In this document: one piece after another, positions 41,559 to 51,694 of the stretch
Numbering within the stretch: position 1 is the first letter of the stretch
Layout of the letters: the number at the start of each line of letters is the position of its first letter
Origin: Halorutilales archaeon Cl-col2-1
GTDB lineage: Archaea > Halobacteriota > Halobacteria > Halobacteriales > Afararchaeaceae
Assembly (NCBI GenBank): GCA_041891055.1
Contig: CP169074.1
Span: 896,001 to 960,000 of the forward strand
Direction of reading: 5' to 3'
Length of the DNA: 64,000 nucleotides
Translations under genes and position numbers: made by a program
Notes under the pieces: generated by a model
What the model saw: the letters and a program-made list of their open reading frames with translations, nothing else
Database searches by the model: none
What the model was told of the DNA's origin: nothing

Positions 41559-42314
41559 TCAAGACAGCTTCGACCTTATGCGCGAGAGGAGAGAAGTCTT
41601 ACGTGAGCAGTTCGACGAGTAGTCACACGGCTCACATCTGGTTGTGTTCGGAGTCTTCGAGGGTATCTCTCCGTCGACTGCTTTCCTGAGGCTTTCGAGA
41701 ACCGAGTCGAGACGTCTCTCGTACCGACGGCTCACACGTGTCTCGCGCACGACTCCACGTCTCGGATACTCGACGTACGCCGTCTCAACGTCTTCTCCGA
41801 ACTCCAACTCTACGAGACGTGCCGCGGCTGTGGCTTCGATCCTGTGTGGCTCCCAGACACCGTTCTCCGGAGGGGTTCCTGTCTTGATGACCGACGGACG
41901 GTATTCACCCTCGACTGAGAGTATCTTGTCGAGAGTACCGTGTATCTGTGCCTCGGAGCCAGCGTCTATATAAGTCTCCTCTCGCCACGGCGACTCTATC
42001 TCGTCCCAGAAGTCGGAGTCAGTTCTTGTCTGTCGGAGTCGTGATCTGACCTCGTCTAAGTCAATTCCCTCAGAGTCGAGGAGATCGGGAGATATATCGT
42101 CTCCGTAATCGTACTCCGCGAGGTCAACCGCGTCCCCAACGGCTCCCCGTGGGTCTTCGATGAAGTCACCGTACCTGTACGCAATCTGATTGAGCACGAG
42201 GTAGACGGGACTTATGCTCGGAGAGTCGTCGGTGTCGAGGTCGAAGTAGAACTGACGTGGACAGTAGGCTCCCTGTCGAAGATCCGAGAGGCTGAACCGG
42301 TCTCTAGTCTGCAT
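41559..42314 (-). CDS. Solo Cas4/Dna2-like PD-(D/E)xK nuclease with Fe-S cysteines
   Basis: AYCPRQFYF, GTLDKI...IKTG, CEPCDYSSNC; no cas1/cas2 nearby. Confidence 0.85.
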   Translation of the reverse strand: MQTRDRFSLSDLRQGAYCPRQFYFDLDTDDSPSISPVYLVLNQIAYRYGDFIEDPRGAVGDAVDLAEYDYGDDISPDLLDSEGIDLDEVRSRLRQTRTDSDFWDEIESPWREETYIDAGSEAQIHGTLDKILSVEGEYRPSVIKTGTPPENGVWEPHRIEATAAARLVELEFGEDVETAYVEYPRRGVVRETRVSRRYERRLDSVLESLRKAVDGEIPSKTPNTTRCEPCDYSSNCSRKTSLLSRIRSKLS

Positions 42315-42372
42315 CCACAGGTGGCTTTCGTCCTCGGAGTACTTATTTGTATTTGAGGTTCGTGTGGTAGAT

Positions 42373-42792
42373 ATGGCGGAGTCAGACACGGGAGAAACAC
42401 ACGACGAGTACAGATCCGGGTACTGCAACATAGGTGAGTACGAAAGGAGAAAGAGATACACGGTCGCTGTGCTAGGCTTCGTCGCGTCGGCTGTATACGT
42501 CGCTGTGATACTGCTGACCGAAATACCCGGCTACCTCGTAGTCGGAGTCTTCGTTCCCCTGACTGTCGGATTTGAGGGTTACATACAGGGAAAGAGGTCT
42601 TTCTGTGTGACTCTGGGTCTCCTCGGTAAGTACAGTTTCTCGTCAGAGGCGTCCGGGTCAGACTCGGGTGACGTGACGGACTCCGAGGAGAGGAGGTCGG
42701 ACAGACTCTACGCTCTCCGTATAACCGTCACGGCACTGACAGCCGCGGCTCTGACTACCACAGCCATCTACATCGGGGTCACGTCGATTTGA
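42373..42792 (+). CDS. Hypothetical membrane protein
   Basis: GYCNIG..ERRKR followed by three TM segments. Confidence 0.75.
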   Translation: MAESDTGETHDEYRSGYCNIGEYERRKRYTVAVLGFVASAVYVAVILLTEIPGYLVVGVFVPLTVGFEGYIQGKRSFCVTLGLLGKYSFSSEASGSDSGDVTDSEERRSDRLYALRITVTALTAAALTTTAIYIGVTSI

Positions 42793-42880
42793 GAGGACGA
42801 GTGGAGGGAACGAGACGGAGTTTTCGATGAATTTATGTCTGTGACGTGTATAAGTATGGATGTACGGCAGATAGGTGACG

Positions 42881-43066
42881 TTGTGAGGCAGAGCTTCACA
42901 GCGCACAAAGAGTCTGGGACGTTCAGAAATCAGAGATTTCTGAGCCCACGAGATCATAGATCTCGGGACGTTCAGCAATCTCCGATTGATGAGCCAACAA
43001 GATCGGAGATCTTGTGAAGTCTCCGAATAGAGTTCGGATGCCAGCATAATCGAAGATTATGCGACG
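42881..43066 (+). repeat. Array of 4 double-hairpin mini-units abutting and overlapping tRNA-Gly
   Basis: Units at 42881, 42922, 42971 and 43020; unit 42922-42970 nearly identical to 19038-19086. Confidence 0.8.
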
Positions 43067-43131
43067 GTAGTGTAGTGGTATCACGTGACCCTGCCACGGT
43101 CACAACACGGGTTCAAATCCCGTCCGTCGCA
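43061..43131 (+). tRNA. tRNA-Gly(GCC)
   Basis: GCGACGG/CCGTCGC acceptor, TGACC-CT-GCC-AC-GGTCA anticodon arm, GGTTCAAATCC. Confidence 0.96.
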
Positions 43132-43141
43132 CTACTACTAG

Positions 43142-43909
43142 ATGTATTTCTCCGACCTACTCGAAGAAGCCGAGAGGGAGGAAAGAGTCCTCCGAGTCTA
43201 TAACTACACCGGAACCAGAGGTATGTTAGACGTAGTCTCGGAGTATCTCAGTGCGTGGAACGTCGATGTCGAACTCTGTGGCGAGAACACGTCGATTCCC
43301 GGGAACACAGCTGTTCTGGGGACTCCCGAGAACCCCAACGCGGCTTCCGTGGTAGACGACATCTACACCTACCTCGCATACAGAGGAGATAGGGAGAAGT
43401 CGGAGGATGACTTCGGGAGAAAGGAGACACCCGAGGTCATAAGCGAGCTGTACGGCTCGACGTTCGAGTTCGAGACGAAGGCGAGCCTCGTGACGGCGTC
43501 ACACGAGGTCGAGGGTACGGCTCTACGCAGAGGCGAAGGCACTGTATATTCGGGTTTCCAGAGACTCCCACTCGTCGAGGATCAGTGGGGTACTTACTCG
43601 GAGATGGCTTCTCTTGGGATAGACGTCCACGTATACGGATCACGCGGATTCTCAGAAGACACCTGGAGACCACCCGACTCCGACGAGACAGAGGTCACGT
43701 TCCACGTGAGTGACTCGCCTCAGATACAGAGGTACTGGTTCGTCGTCTTCGATGGGGGCGACGGCACTGGACGCGCGCTACTCGCTGAGGAGCGCGAGCC
43801 CAGGAGTTACTACGGCTTTCTGACCGACGACTACCGAAGAGTCACACGGATTGTCGACGTCATCGACTCGGTCGAGACCCAGACTCAGAAGGAACGTCGA
43901 TCCGACTGA
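43142..43909 (+). CDS. DICT sensory domain protein
   Basis: SGFQRL, DVHVYG, YWFVVFDG...ALLAEE...YYGF. Confidence 0.88.
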   Translation: MYFSDLLEEAEREERVLRVYNYTGTRGMLDVVSEYLSAWNVDVELCGENTSIPGNTAVLGTPENPNAASVVDDIYTYLAYRGDREKSEDDFGRKETPEVISELYGSTFEFETKASLVTASHEVEGTALRRGEGTVYSGFQRLPLVEDQWGTYSEMASLGIDVHVYGSRGFSEDTWRPPDSDETEVTFHVSDSPQIQRYWFVVFDGGDGTGRALLAEEREPRSYYGFLTDDYRRVTRIVDVIDSVETQTQKERRSD

Positions 43910-45272
43910 ACTCGAACCTCGCGCCTCCGTCGTCGCTCTCGACGACATCCACTTCCCAGCCGTGTGACTCGGCTATCTCCTCTACTATGTCGAGACCCAG
44001 ACCCGTACCTGTCTCCGAGGTCGTGTATCCCGACTCAAGCACCTCGTCACGTTCGTTCTCAGGAATTCCCTCGCCGTCGTCCTCGACGTAGAAGCCATCG
44101 ACGTCTGCGAGACTTCCGACACGGACAGTAACGTCGTTACCTCCGTGTTCTACGGAGTTCCTGAATAGATTTTCGAGCATCTGTTGGACGCGTCCGGGAT
44201 GTGCGCAGAGTGTAAGGTCGTCGTCGACTACGAGATCCGCACAGACTCTCTCCTCCGACTCGGAGTCGACGCTCGCGTAACAGTTCTCGGCAATCTCGGA
44301 GAGGCTGACCTCCCGAATCTCCTCGTCGGAAACACCATCTCCTCGTGTCAGAGTCAGGACGTCGTCTATTATGTCCTCCATCCGTCGGAGAGCCTTCTGT
44401 GCTTTGTCGAGACTCTGGTCGACGGCTTCGTCCTCACATGTGCAGCTCTCCGCGACGAGTCGGAGACGTCCTTCTGCGACGTTGAGAGGGTTTCTGAGGT
44501 CGTGTGAGACGACGCTTGCGAACCTGTCGAGCCTCTTGTTCCGCTCCTCAAGACTCGCCTCGTACTCACGTATCCGGGATATATCACGTCCAGTACAGAC
44601 GATCCCGGCTACGTCGCCGTCCTCGTACATCAAAGAGGCAGAGAAGAGTCCGGGTATCGTTTCTCCGTCCTTCGTCTCGAAACTTGCCTCTACCCCGTCA
44701 ATTCCGCCTCTGTCGATAGCCTCCTGTACGGGACTCGGACCTTCCTCGACCGGAAGTTCTCCGTCGGCGAAGACCGTCTTACACGAAGATCCCAGAAGCT
44801 CGTCCTCGTCGTAGCCCAGAAGATCCACGAGAGCACCGTTTACACGTGTTATGCTTCCGTCACGTGATACCACCATCAGACTCTCCTCCATCGCCTCAAG
44901 TATCCCCGAGAGGTAGTCGCGCGAGTAGGTCGTGTCGTGGAGTTCGTCTACCGTCTTCCGGCTTGTTACCACGACGAGGAAGACGAAGACGCCGCCAAGG
45001 GAGAAGACGGACGCCGTCGTAGCCGAGACCGATCCGGCTCCCGTAGCTACGACCGTAAAGGCTCTTAGGTAGCCGGCTACGAAGACTACCATCAGAAGTA
45101 GGAGGCCTCTCCAGCAGTTCTTCCGAGGAGTTCCCGTGTCGACCGACCTGATCATCCCGACTGTCTGGTACACCGAGAGCACGAGAAAAAGAGTTCCGAG
45201 TCCGATAAGAGCCATGATCCCCGACGTGGACACGGCTGGTACGGCTGTAATCTGTGCCATTGTCAACCCCAC
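43860..45272 (-). CDS. Membrane-bound PAS sensor histidine kinase
   Basis: Three TM helices, PAS, SHDLRNPL, NLFRNSVEH, DDGEG, GTGLGL. Confidence 0.93.
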   Translation of the reverse strand: MGLTMAQITAVPAVSTSGIMALIGLGTLFLVLSVYQTVGMIRSVDTGTPRKNCWRGLLLLMVVFVAGYLRAFTVVATGAGSVSATTASVFSLGGVFVFLVVVTSRKTVDELHDTTYSRDYLSGILEAMEESLMVVSRDGSITRVNGALVDLLGYDEDELLGSSCKTVFADGELPVEEGPSPVQEAIDRGGIDGVEASFETKDGETIPGLFSASLMYEDGDVAGIVCTGRDISRIREYEASLEERNKRLDRFASVVSHDLRNPLNVAEGRLRLVAESCTCEDEAVDQSLDKAQKALRRMEDIIDDVLTLTRGDGVSDEEIREVSLSEIAENCYASVDSESEERVCADLVVDDDLTLCAHPGRVQQMLENLFRNSVEHGGNDVTVRVGSLADVDGFYVEDDGEGIPENERDEVLESGYTTSETGTGLGLDIVEEIAESHGWEVDVVESDDGGARFEFSRIDVPSESGSRPSR

Positions 45273-45423
45273 CTAATACCCTCTACAAGAAGGAGGGTAT
45301 ATAATACCACTGCAAACTTTCAGGCTATAAATGTGGGTAAAAAGCACCCTATTCGTGGGTTCGTCCTTGGAGGAAAGAGATACCTGAGGAAACCGTTATA
45401 TGTCGTCGCCGTGAACTCCGTCT

Positions 45424-45699
45424 ATGGAGAAGGACGAACACGCGGTCGTGACGGTTACAGGTGCTGACCATCCAGGTATTGTGGCCTCCGTCACACAGAC
45501 CCTCGCCGACCTCAACGTAAACATAGAGGACATCTCACAGACGGTCGCGAGCGGCTTCTTCACTATGATACTCATAGCGAGCCTCCAGGGGACAGCAGTC
45601 GACGACCTCCGTGACGCCCTAAACGACGCCGCCGAGGACGAAGGGGTCGAGATTATAGTCCAACACCGTGACCTCTTCGAACATATGCACCGCATATGA
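45424..45699 (+). CDS. ACT domain protein (UPF0237-like)
   Basis: VVTVTGADHPGIVA...NIEDISQTV...LFEHMHRI. Confidence 0.88.
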   Translation: MEKDEHAVVTVTGADHPGIVASVTQTLADLNVNIEDISQTVASGFFTMILIASLQGTAVDDLRDALNDAAEDEGVEIIVQHRDLFEHMHRI

Positions 45700-45737
45700 T
45701 AACGTTAATGTGAGACTGACTCCTCTCATAGACTGGA

Positions 45738-45844
45738 GCCCGGGTGGCTTAGCCGGTCATAGCGCCGCACTCATAGGGCATTCGAGTAAGGCGCTCGTCT
45801 CCTGAGACATGCGGAGGCCGAGGGTTCGAAACCCTCCCCGGGCA
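45738..45844 (+). tRNA. tRNA-Met(CAT) elongator with 33-nt intron (45776-45808)
   Basis: GCCCGGG/CCCGGGC acceptor; CCGCA-CT-CAT-A|intron|A-TGCGG; bulge-helix-bulge CTCA/TGAG. Confidence 0.93.
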
Positions 45845-45857
45845 TACTTAAGCTTAC

Positions 45858-46228
45858 AGATGAGACAGCAGAATGCCTGACCCTTTAGGGTCAGGATGAA
45901 TGCTTAACTGGATATTCAACACAAGGAATATATTGCTCAAATACGTATCGAGTGTAACCGCCGTAACATTAGGTTGACGTAAGCGGAAGCTCGCAGACTG
46001 AACAACCTGCCGTTGAGCAAGGTCTTCGACCTTGCGAAGACACGCTCACCATGAGTGGGGAGATAGGCACGTTTGACCGTGCTGTACGGGCTGTAAACCA
46101 CGCTTTTGGTAATAATTAGGCGGGAACCCATGACACGACTCCCGAAAGGGAACTTGACCGTTAGGAAACGCCCAACCTTAATATCCGCTTCGCGGATTCC
46201 TCCGTCTTCAGGCGGAGGAGGAGGTCAA
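45858..46228 (+). mobile_element. Non-autonomous IS200/IS605 derivative: ends plus omega-RNA, no ORF
   Basis: TTAC|AGATGAGACAGCAGAATG-CCTGACCC-TTTA-GGGTCAGG left end; GATT-CCTCCG...CGGAGG-AGGAGGTCAA right end; same end family as element 2. Confidence 0.85.
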
Positions 46229-46320
46229 TCTATACTTCACCGAGTTCGGACAGAGACAGTACTCCGTCTGAGTTTCGCGTCCAGAAGCTTTTTACTTCGC
46301 GGGTTGTATTACCCAGTTGT

Positions 46321-47235
46321 ATGACTGAGTTTAACGGCTTCGCCGACGCCACAGAGGCAGAGGTCACGAGAGCGATAGGGAAAGAATGGTCAGACGAGTT
46401 CCTCGACTTCACCGAGAGCGACGTCATAGTACTCGGGGGTGGACCTTCGGGTCTCACCGCCGCAAAGGAGCTCTCGGAGAGGGGGGTCAAGACGATGGTT
46501 GTCGAGAAGAACAACTACCTCGGAGGAGGCTTCTGGCTCGGCGGCTTCCTCATGAACAAGGTCACCGTAAGAAGCCCCGCCGAGGAGATACTCGACGAGA
46601 TAGATGTCGATTACGACGAATCGGACGAGGCGGACGGTCTCTACGTCGCAAACGGACCCCACGCGTGTTCGGCTCTCATAAAGTCAACGTGTGACGCGGG
46701 GGCGAAGATACAGAACATGACCGAGTTCACCGACATAGTCGTGAGGGACGGACACCGAGTCTCGGGAATAGTCATGAACTGGACCCCCGTCCACGCACTT
46801 CCGAGAGAGATAACGTGTGTCGACCCCGTCGCAGTCGAGTCTAAGCTCGTGATAGACGCAACGGGTCACGAGGCGATGGCGGTCAAGAAGTTAGAGGAGA
46901 GAGGTGCTCTCGAAATACCGGGTGCTGGAGACTCAGACATGGACGCTACCGAGGACGAGGAGTACGGCGCTCCTGGACACGACTCGCCGGGTCATGACTC
47001 GATGTGGGTCGGAGAGTCGGAGGACGCAGTCGTAGAGAAGACGGGTCTCGTCCATCCCGGACTCATAGCCACGGGAATGGCGACCGCGACAGCACACGGT
47101 CTCCCGAGGATGGGTCCGACATTCGGCGCTATGCTCCTCTCGGGGAAGAAGGCGGCACAGGTCGCACTCGATGAGCTAGGAGTCGACGCGCCGTCGGTGG
47201 ATATGTCGGTCGATCCGGCTCCCGCCGACGACTGA
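46321..47235 (+). CDS. thi4: Thiamine thiazole synthase
   Basis: [39 protein letters not shown]. Confidence 0.95.
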   Translation: MTEFNGFADATEAEVTRAIGKEWSDEFLDFTESDVIVLGGGPSGLTAAKELSERGVKTMVVEKNNYLGGGFWLGGFLMNKVTVRSPAEEILDEIDVDYDESDEADGLYVANGPHACSALIKSTCDAGAKIQNMTEFTDIVVRDGHRVSGIVMNWTPVHALPREITCVDPVAVESKLVIDATGHEAMAVKKLEERGALEIPGAGDSDMDATEDEEYGAPGHDSPGHDSMWVGESEDAVVEKTGLVHPGLIATGMATATAHGLPRMGPTFGAMLLSGKKAAQVALDELGVDAPSVDMSVDPAPADD

Positions 47236-47304
47236 TCCTGCTTTCTCGTTTGGTTCCGGACGCCGGATGACTTATACGGAACCGGCGTTAATCCAAGAGA
47301 CGAG

Positions 47305-48723
47305 ATGAGCCGAGAAGTCACCGTCTCCGAGGTTCTCGACAGAATTCCCGTGGGGAGGTTCCACAGACGTCTTCTGGGAATCTGTGGGAGCGCGTGGGCG
47401 TTCGACGGAATGGAGGTCATACTAATCAGTTTCACGCTCCCTGTCCTGAGTAACGCGTGGGGTCTCACGGGTATATTCGAGGGTCTACTCGGAAGCGCGA
47501 GCCTGATGGGAATGATCGCGGGGAACTGGATCTGGGGTGCATACGCCGACACGAACGGCAGGAAGAAGGCGTTCGAGTGGACAGTTCTCTTCTACTCCGT
47601 CTTTACGGGTCTGACGGCTCTGGCGACGGGTTTCTACTCGGGCTTCGGACTGCGTTTCCTCACGGGCGTCGGACTCGGGGGTGCTCTCGCTGTCGACACC
47701 TCCTACCTCTCCGAACATCTCCCGACACAGGAGAGAGGTAAGTACGTGGTCTACCTCGACGCCTTCTGGCCCCTCGGGAACCTCCTAGCCGTCGTACTCG
47801 CGTGGTTCTTCCTCTCGGTGGTCTCATCGGGCGGTATGATAGACATACCCGTCTTTGGAGAGGTCGCTAACTGGAGAGTCCTGTTCGCCGCGGCGTCGTT
47901 CCCCGCTCTCACCGTATTCGTGATAAGGAGGGGACTCAGCGAGACGCCGTACTACCTCGCTCTCAAGGGCGAGATAGAAGCCGCGAACGACCGTATACGT
48001 GAGATAGCCGAGGAAAACGGAGAGGAGTTCACACCCATCTCGGCGGAGGAGGTCAGGGAGACTCCGTCGCCCGGCTTCTCACGTCTCTTCGAGTCGGATC
48101 TGAGGAAACAGACTGCGATGATCACGACGGCGTGGTTCGGCGTAAACCTCGGCTACTACGGAGTCTTCATCTGGCTTCCGAGTACGGTAGGAGCCGCGGG
48201 GGTTGTCGGCAACGTGACGGTCGGTGGTCTTACCTTCGAGAGCATATACCTCTACTTCGTCCTGATCGCAGTCGTCCAGTTCCCCGGCTACTTCAGCGCG
48301 GCGTACCTAGTCGAGAGGATAGGACGGAAGCCCACGCTCGGATCGTACCTCGTCCTCTCGGGGGTCTTTACGTTCGTCTTCGCAGTCTCGATGCCCGACG
48401 TCTCCTTCTTCGGTATAGGTGCCGAGTCGAGCCTGAGTAGCTTCATAGCGGGTCTCCTCGGCGCGAGCTTCTTCGCTCTCGGAGCCTGGGGAGCGATATA
48501 CGCCTACACTCCCGAGCTCTTCCCGACGGAGGCACGTGCGACGGGCAACGGCTTCGCGGGGGGAGTCGGAAAGATAGGAGCGGTCATAGGTCCCATACTC
48601 GCAGGCGTACTCGTCGGACGAGGATACCTCGTCGCACTCGCTCCCTTAGCGGCGTCGTTCGTTTTAGGCGGCGTCGTCGTACTGCTTCTCGGACGTGAGA
48701 CGAAGGGGGAGCCATTATTCTGA
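47305..48723 (+). CDS. MFS transporter (SV2/aromatic acid-like)
   Basis: WAFDGME, ADTNGRK, YTPELFPTEARATG. Confidence 0.92.
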   Translation: MSREVTVSEVLDRIPVGRFHRRLLGICGSAWAFDGMEVILISFTLPVLSNAWGLTGIFEGLLGSASLMGMIAGNWIWGAYADTNGRKKAFEWTVLFYSVFTGLTALATGFYSGFGLRFLTGVGLGGALAVDTSYLSEHLPTQERGKYVVYLDAFWPLGNLLAVVLAWFFLSVVSSGGMIDIPVFGEVANWRVLFAAASFPALTVFVIRRGLSETPYYLALKGEIEAANDRIREIAEENGEEFTPISAEEVRETPSPGFSRLFESDLRKQTAMITTAWFGVNLGYYGVFIWLPSTVGAAGVVGNVTVGGLTFESIYLYFVLIAVVQFPGYFSAAYLVERIGRKPTLGSYLVLSGVFTFVFAVSMPDVSFFGIGAESSLSSFIAGLLGASFFALGAWGAIYAYTPELFPTEARATGNGFAGGVGKIGAVIGPILAGVLVGRGYLVALAPLAASFVLGGVVVLLLGRETKGEPLF

Positions 48724-48724
48724 C

Positions 48725-49531
48725 ATGACGGCGGAAACAGATCTAAGGCAGACGGTTCATTTCTATCTCCACGACAGGGATACTCGTCTCGGAAAAGCGA
48801 TAGATCTGGGTATAATACTCCTCAACGCAGTCTTCGTCCTCGTCTATGTCGCTGAGACGTACACGTCGGGGTTCTGGGAGGGTCTACTCTGGGATATAGA
48901 GGTCGGCATAACCCTCGTCTTCGTCGTCGAGTACGTCGCACGTATCTACTCAGCCGACAACAGACTGAGACAGACATACGACGTCTACTCCGTGATAGAC
49001 CTCGTCTCTATACTCCCGACGTTACTCATACTCGTCTTCTCGACGACGGCTGTCGCGGGTCTGAGCTTCCTGAGAGTCCTCCGTGTCCTCAGGATATTCC
49101 GTTTCCTGCGTTTCTTGGAGGACGAGAAGTTCTTCTTCGGAACCGTCTCGGAGGAGTCTCTCCGGGGTGCGCGTCTCCTCACCACCGTCTTCATCATATT
49201 CTTCGTGACAGCCGGCTTCTTCTATTCCTTCGAGAACACCGTCAACCCCGAGGTGAACACATTCGGTGACAGCCTCTACTTCACGGTTGTCGCGCTCTCG
49301 ACTGTCGGATTCGGGGACATAGTTCCGACGACACGTCTCGGAAGGCTGACGGCTGTCTTAGGAATTACTGCGGGGATAATCTTCATACCGTGGCAGGCGA
49401 GCCGTATAATAAGAACGTGGACCCACGAGGGAAAGGTCTCAAAGCCGTGTCCCGACTGCGGTACGGAGTACCACGACCCCGACGCCGTCTACTGCCGGGT
49501 CTGTGGAGCGGAGATCGAGTCGGACGGCTGA
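48725..49531 (+). CDS. Voltage-gated-type potassium channel with C-terminal Zn ribbon
   Basis: S4 LRVLRVLRIFRFLR; filter TVGFGD; CPDCG...CRVCG. Confidence 0.92.
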   Translation: MTAETDLRQTVHFYLHDRDTRLGKAIDLGIILLNAVFVLVYVAETYTSGFWEGLLWDIEVGITLVFVVEYVARIYSADNRLRQTYDVYSVIDLVSILPTLLILVFSTTAVAGLSFLRVLRVLRIFRFLRFLEDEKFFFGTVSEESLRGARLLTTVFIIFFVTAGFFYSFENTVNPEVNTFGDSLYFTVVALSTVGFGDIVPTTRLGRLTAVLGITAGIIFIPWQASRIIRTWTHEGKVSKPCPDCGTEYHDPDAVYCRVCGAEIESDG

Positions 49532-49537
49532 ATGGAG

Positions 49538-51631
49538 TTACTCCTCGACGGGTAAGCCGGTGTCCCTCCAGCCGTCTACGCCGCCTTGTATGTTGACTAC
49601 GTCCTCGAATCCGTTCCTCGCGAGTATCTGTGCCGCCTTAGCACTCCTCCCGCCCTTCTTACAGTAGACTACGACACGGTTCGACTCTATCTCGTCGAGT
49701 CTGTCACGTACCTCGTCGTGGGGTATCAGGTAGTCGGTTCCGGGTATTCTGTAGTCGGTGTGTTCGTCCTGGGTTCGGACATCGACCAGGACGTAGTCGT
49801 CCGAGTCGAGGATACGGTCGGCTTCTTCGGGAGTCGCCTCACTGAAGTCGCCGCCTCTGAACTCGAACTCGCTGACGAGGTTACGGAGGCTCTCGGTTCT
49901 GTTAGAGAGATTATTTGTCGACTCGGCGACCTCAGAGATCGTCTCTGTCTGTCTCTGTGACGCCGACCTGACGTTTTTCGCCTCCGCAGCCGTCTCCTCG
50001 CTTATGCTCGCGACGTCGTCGACCATCGAGACGACCTCCTGAGTCGAGTCCGCCTGGTCGTCGGTTGCGTCGGAGATCTCCTGGACTCCCGTGTTGGTCT
50101 CCTCGACGTTCTCGACGACGTCCTCAAATGCTTCGAGTGCGTCGTTTACTGTGTCGACACCCGTTGTGATTCGATCCTTGACCTCGTCTATCTCCTCGAC
50201 GGTGGCGTCGGTCTGGCTCTGTACGTCGTCTATGAGGCTCTCTATCTCCTCCGCCGACTCCTTCGTCTCCTCGGCGAGGCTCTTGACCTCGTTTGCGACG
50301 ACCTCGAAGCCATCTCCAGCCTCTCCCGCCCTCGCCGCCTCTATGCTCGCGTTGAGTGCGAGGAGGTTGGTCTGGTCGGCTATGTCGGTGATGACCTCGA
50401 CGACCTCATTGATCTCCTCCATCCTGTCGTCTAGCTCCGCGACCTGTTCGACCGTCTCGTCTGTTCTCCGGTCGATCTCCTCCATCTCGTCCATCGCTTG
50501 TTTCGCCGAGTCACGTCCCGACTCGCCTATATCGGCTGTCTCACGTGACTTCTGAGCGACGTTGTCCGCCGACGACGCTATCTCCTCTATCGTCGCAGAC
50601 AGGTCGCTCATCTCGTTCGAGATTCTCTGAAGGTTGTCGGACTGTTCCTCGGAGCCGTCGGATATCTCCTTCACCGACTCGGTGACCTCCTCACTCGCCT
50701 CTCTTATGCTGTTGTGACGCTGTCTGACCTCCTCGCTCGCCGAAGCCACCTCGTCCGCCGCCTCACGTATCTCCTTGACAGTCCTCTCCCACTCGTCGAC
50801 CATCTGGTTGAACGACTCGGCTACCGACTCCATGGCTCCGTTGACATGTGTGTCGGTGTCTATACGGCGTGTCAGATCGCCGTCAGCGACCTCCGACATA
50901 ATCTCCCCGTACTCCTCGGCGAGCCTCTTCCTCTCGGCTAGCTCGTCCTGTATCCCCTCGTTGTACGAGTGGAGGTAGGTGTCGACTGCGACCTGCATGT
51001 CGAGGTTGAGTATACGTAGGACAGAGAGTATCTGTCTCACACCCTCGTCTATCTCGTGTCTTATCTCTTCCTCGACGTCGGAGCCGATACCGGCTTCGGA
51101 GTCGCCGGTCAGCGACGAGACGACTCCGCCTCCGTCGGATGCGGCTCCGTCTAAGCTCTCGACGACGTTCTCCTGTATCCTCTCGCTTATCAGGGGAAGT
51201 ATGAGCTCGTAGTAGACGCCGTACTGACCTATGTACTGCTTGAGGGGCATGTCAATTAGGTCGTGTACCTTGCCTATCCTCGCGCGGTTCTCGAAGTACT
51301 CCTCGTCGTAGTCACCCGTCGCGAGGGTGACGAGGTAAGCCGACTGAGTCCGTTTGAGCGACTCGACGTCACGTGTCGACCTGTCTATGACATCGAGTGT
51401 CTGGTCGTAAGAAGTCAGCTTGTCGTAGAAGTCACCGACGAGGTCACTCTGGTACTCACGGAAGAGATCCTCCATCTCGGAGAGTCTCCTTTCGTCCTCG
51501 GAGTCGAAGTCGATGAAGTCCTTCCTCCACTCGATCTCTTCGTCGTCGATACCTATCTCGTCCATGAGGGAACCGACGTCTATCTCACGACTTCTCTCAG
51601 AGGCACCGAAGACGGACCGCTCATCTGACAT
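49538..51631 (-). CDS. hemAT: Globin-coupled aerotaxis transducer (HemAT-like) fused to C-terminal rhodanese
   Basis: Sensor globin RIGKVH...[12 protein letters not shown]; HAMP; [21 protein letters not shown]; rhodanese DVRT..E...IPG...YCKKGGRS. Confidence 0.9.
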   Translation of the reverse strand: MSDERSVFGASERSREIDVGSLMDEIGIDDEEIEWRKDFIDFDSEDERRLSEMEDLFREYQSDLVGDFYDKLTSYDQTLDVIDRSTRDVESLKRTQSAYLVTLATGDYDEEYFENRARIGKVHDLIDMPLKQYIGQYGVYYELILPLISERIQENVVESLDGAASDGGGVVSSLTGDSEAGIGSDVEEEIRHEIDEGVRQILSVLRILNLDMQVAVDTYLHSYNEGIQDELAERKRLAEEYGEIMSEVADGDLTRRIDTDTHVNGAMESVAESFNQMVDEWERTVKEIREAADEVASASEEVRQRHNSIREASEEVTESVKEISDGSEEQSDNLQRISNEMSDLSATIEEIASSADNVAQKSRETADIGESGRDSAKQAMDEMEEIDRRTDETVEQVAELDDRMEEINEVVEVITDIADQTNLLALNASIEAARAGEAGDGFEVVANEVKSLAEETKESAEEIESLIDDVQSQTDATVEEIDEVKDRITTGVDTVNDALEAFEDVVENVEETNTGVQEISDATDDQADSTQEVVSMVDDVASISEETAAEAKNVRSASQRQTETISEVAESTNNLSNRTESLRNLVSEFEFRGGDFSEATPEEADRILDSDDYVLVDVRTQDEHTDYRIPGTDYLIPHDEVRDRLDEIESNRVVVYCKKGGRSAKAAQILARNGFEDVVNIQGGVDGWRDTGLPVEE

Positions 51632-51694
51632 TGTCTTACGTATGTCAGGAAGATATTTATGGCTTGTCAGTCGGACGTCGGCTGTCTCCGAGGT

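Larger units (their letters stand above)
39525..41563 (-). mobile_element. IS200/IS605 (IS1341-type) element 3 with passenger ORFs
   Basis: Left end nearly identical to element 1 (CTTGAT.CAGCGAGAGAATCCCGCCCTTCCCG); right end GAAA-CCGCGCCG-TTTA-CGGCGCGG-AGGATGTCAT. Confidence 0.88.

Noticed and set aside
39525-41563. Clean reconstruction of the pre-insertion sua5/cas4-like junction
   Set aside because: Neither candidate left boundary (CTGT or TTGAT) restores a nearby sua5 stop, so the exact target motif of elements 1 and 3 remains unresolved.
41559-43066. Cas4-like gene plus nearby array as a CRISPR system
   Set aside because: No cas1/cas2 or effector genes, no identical repeats, and the units are palindromic. 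The solo Cas4-like gene sits among housekeeping genes (sua5), and the same units occur far from it.
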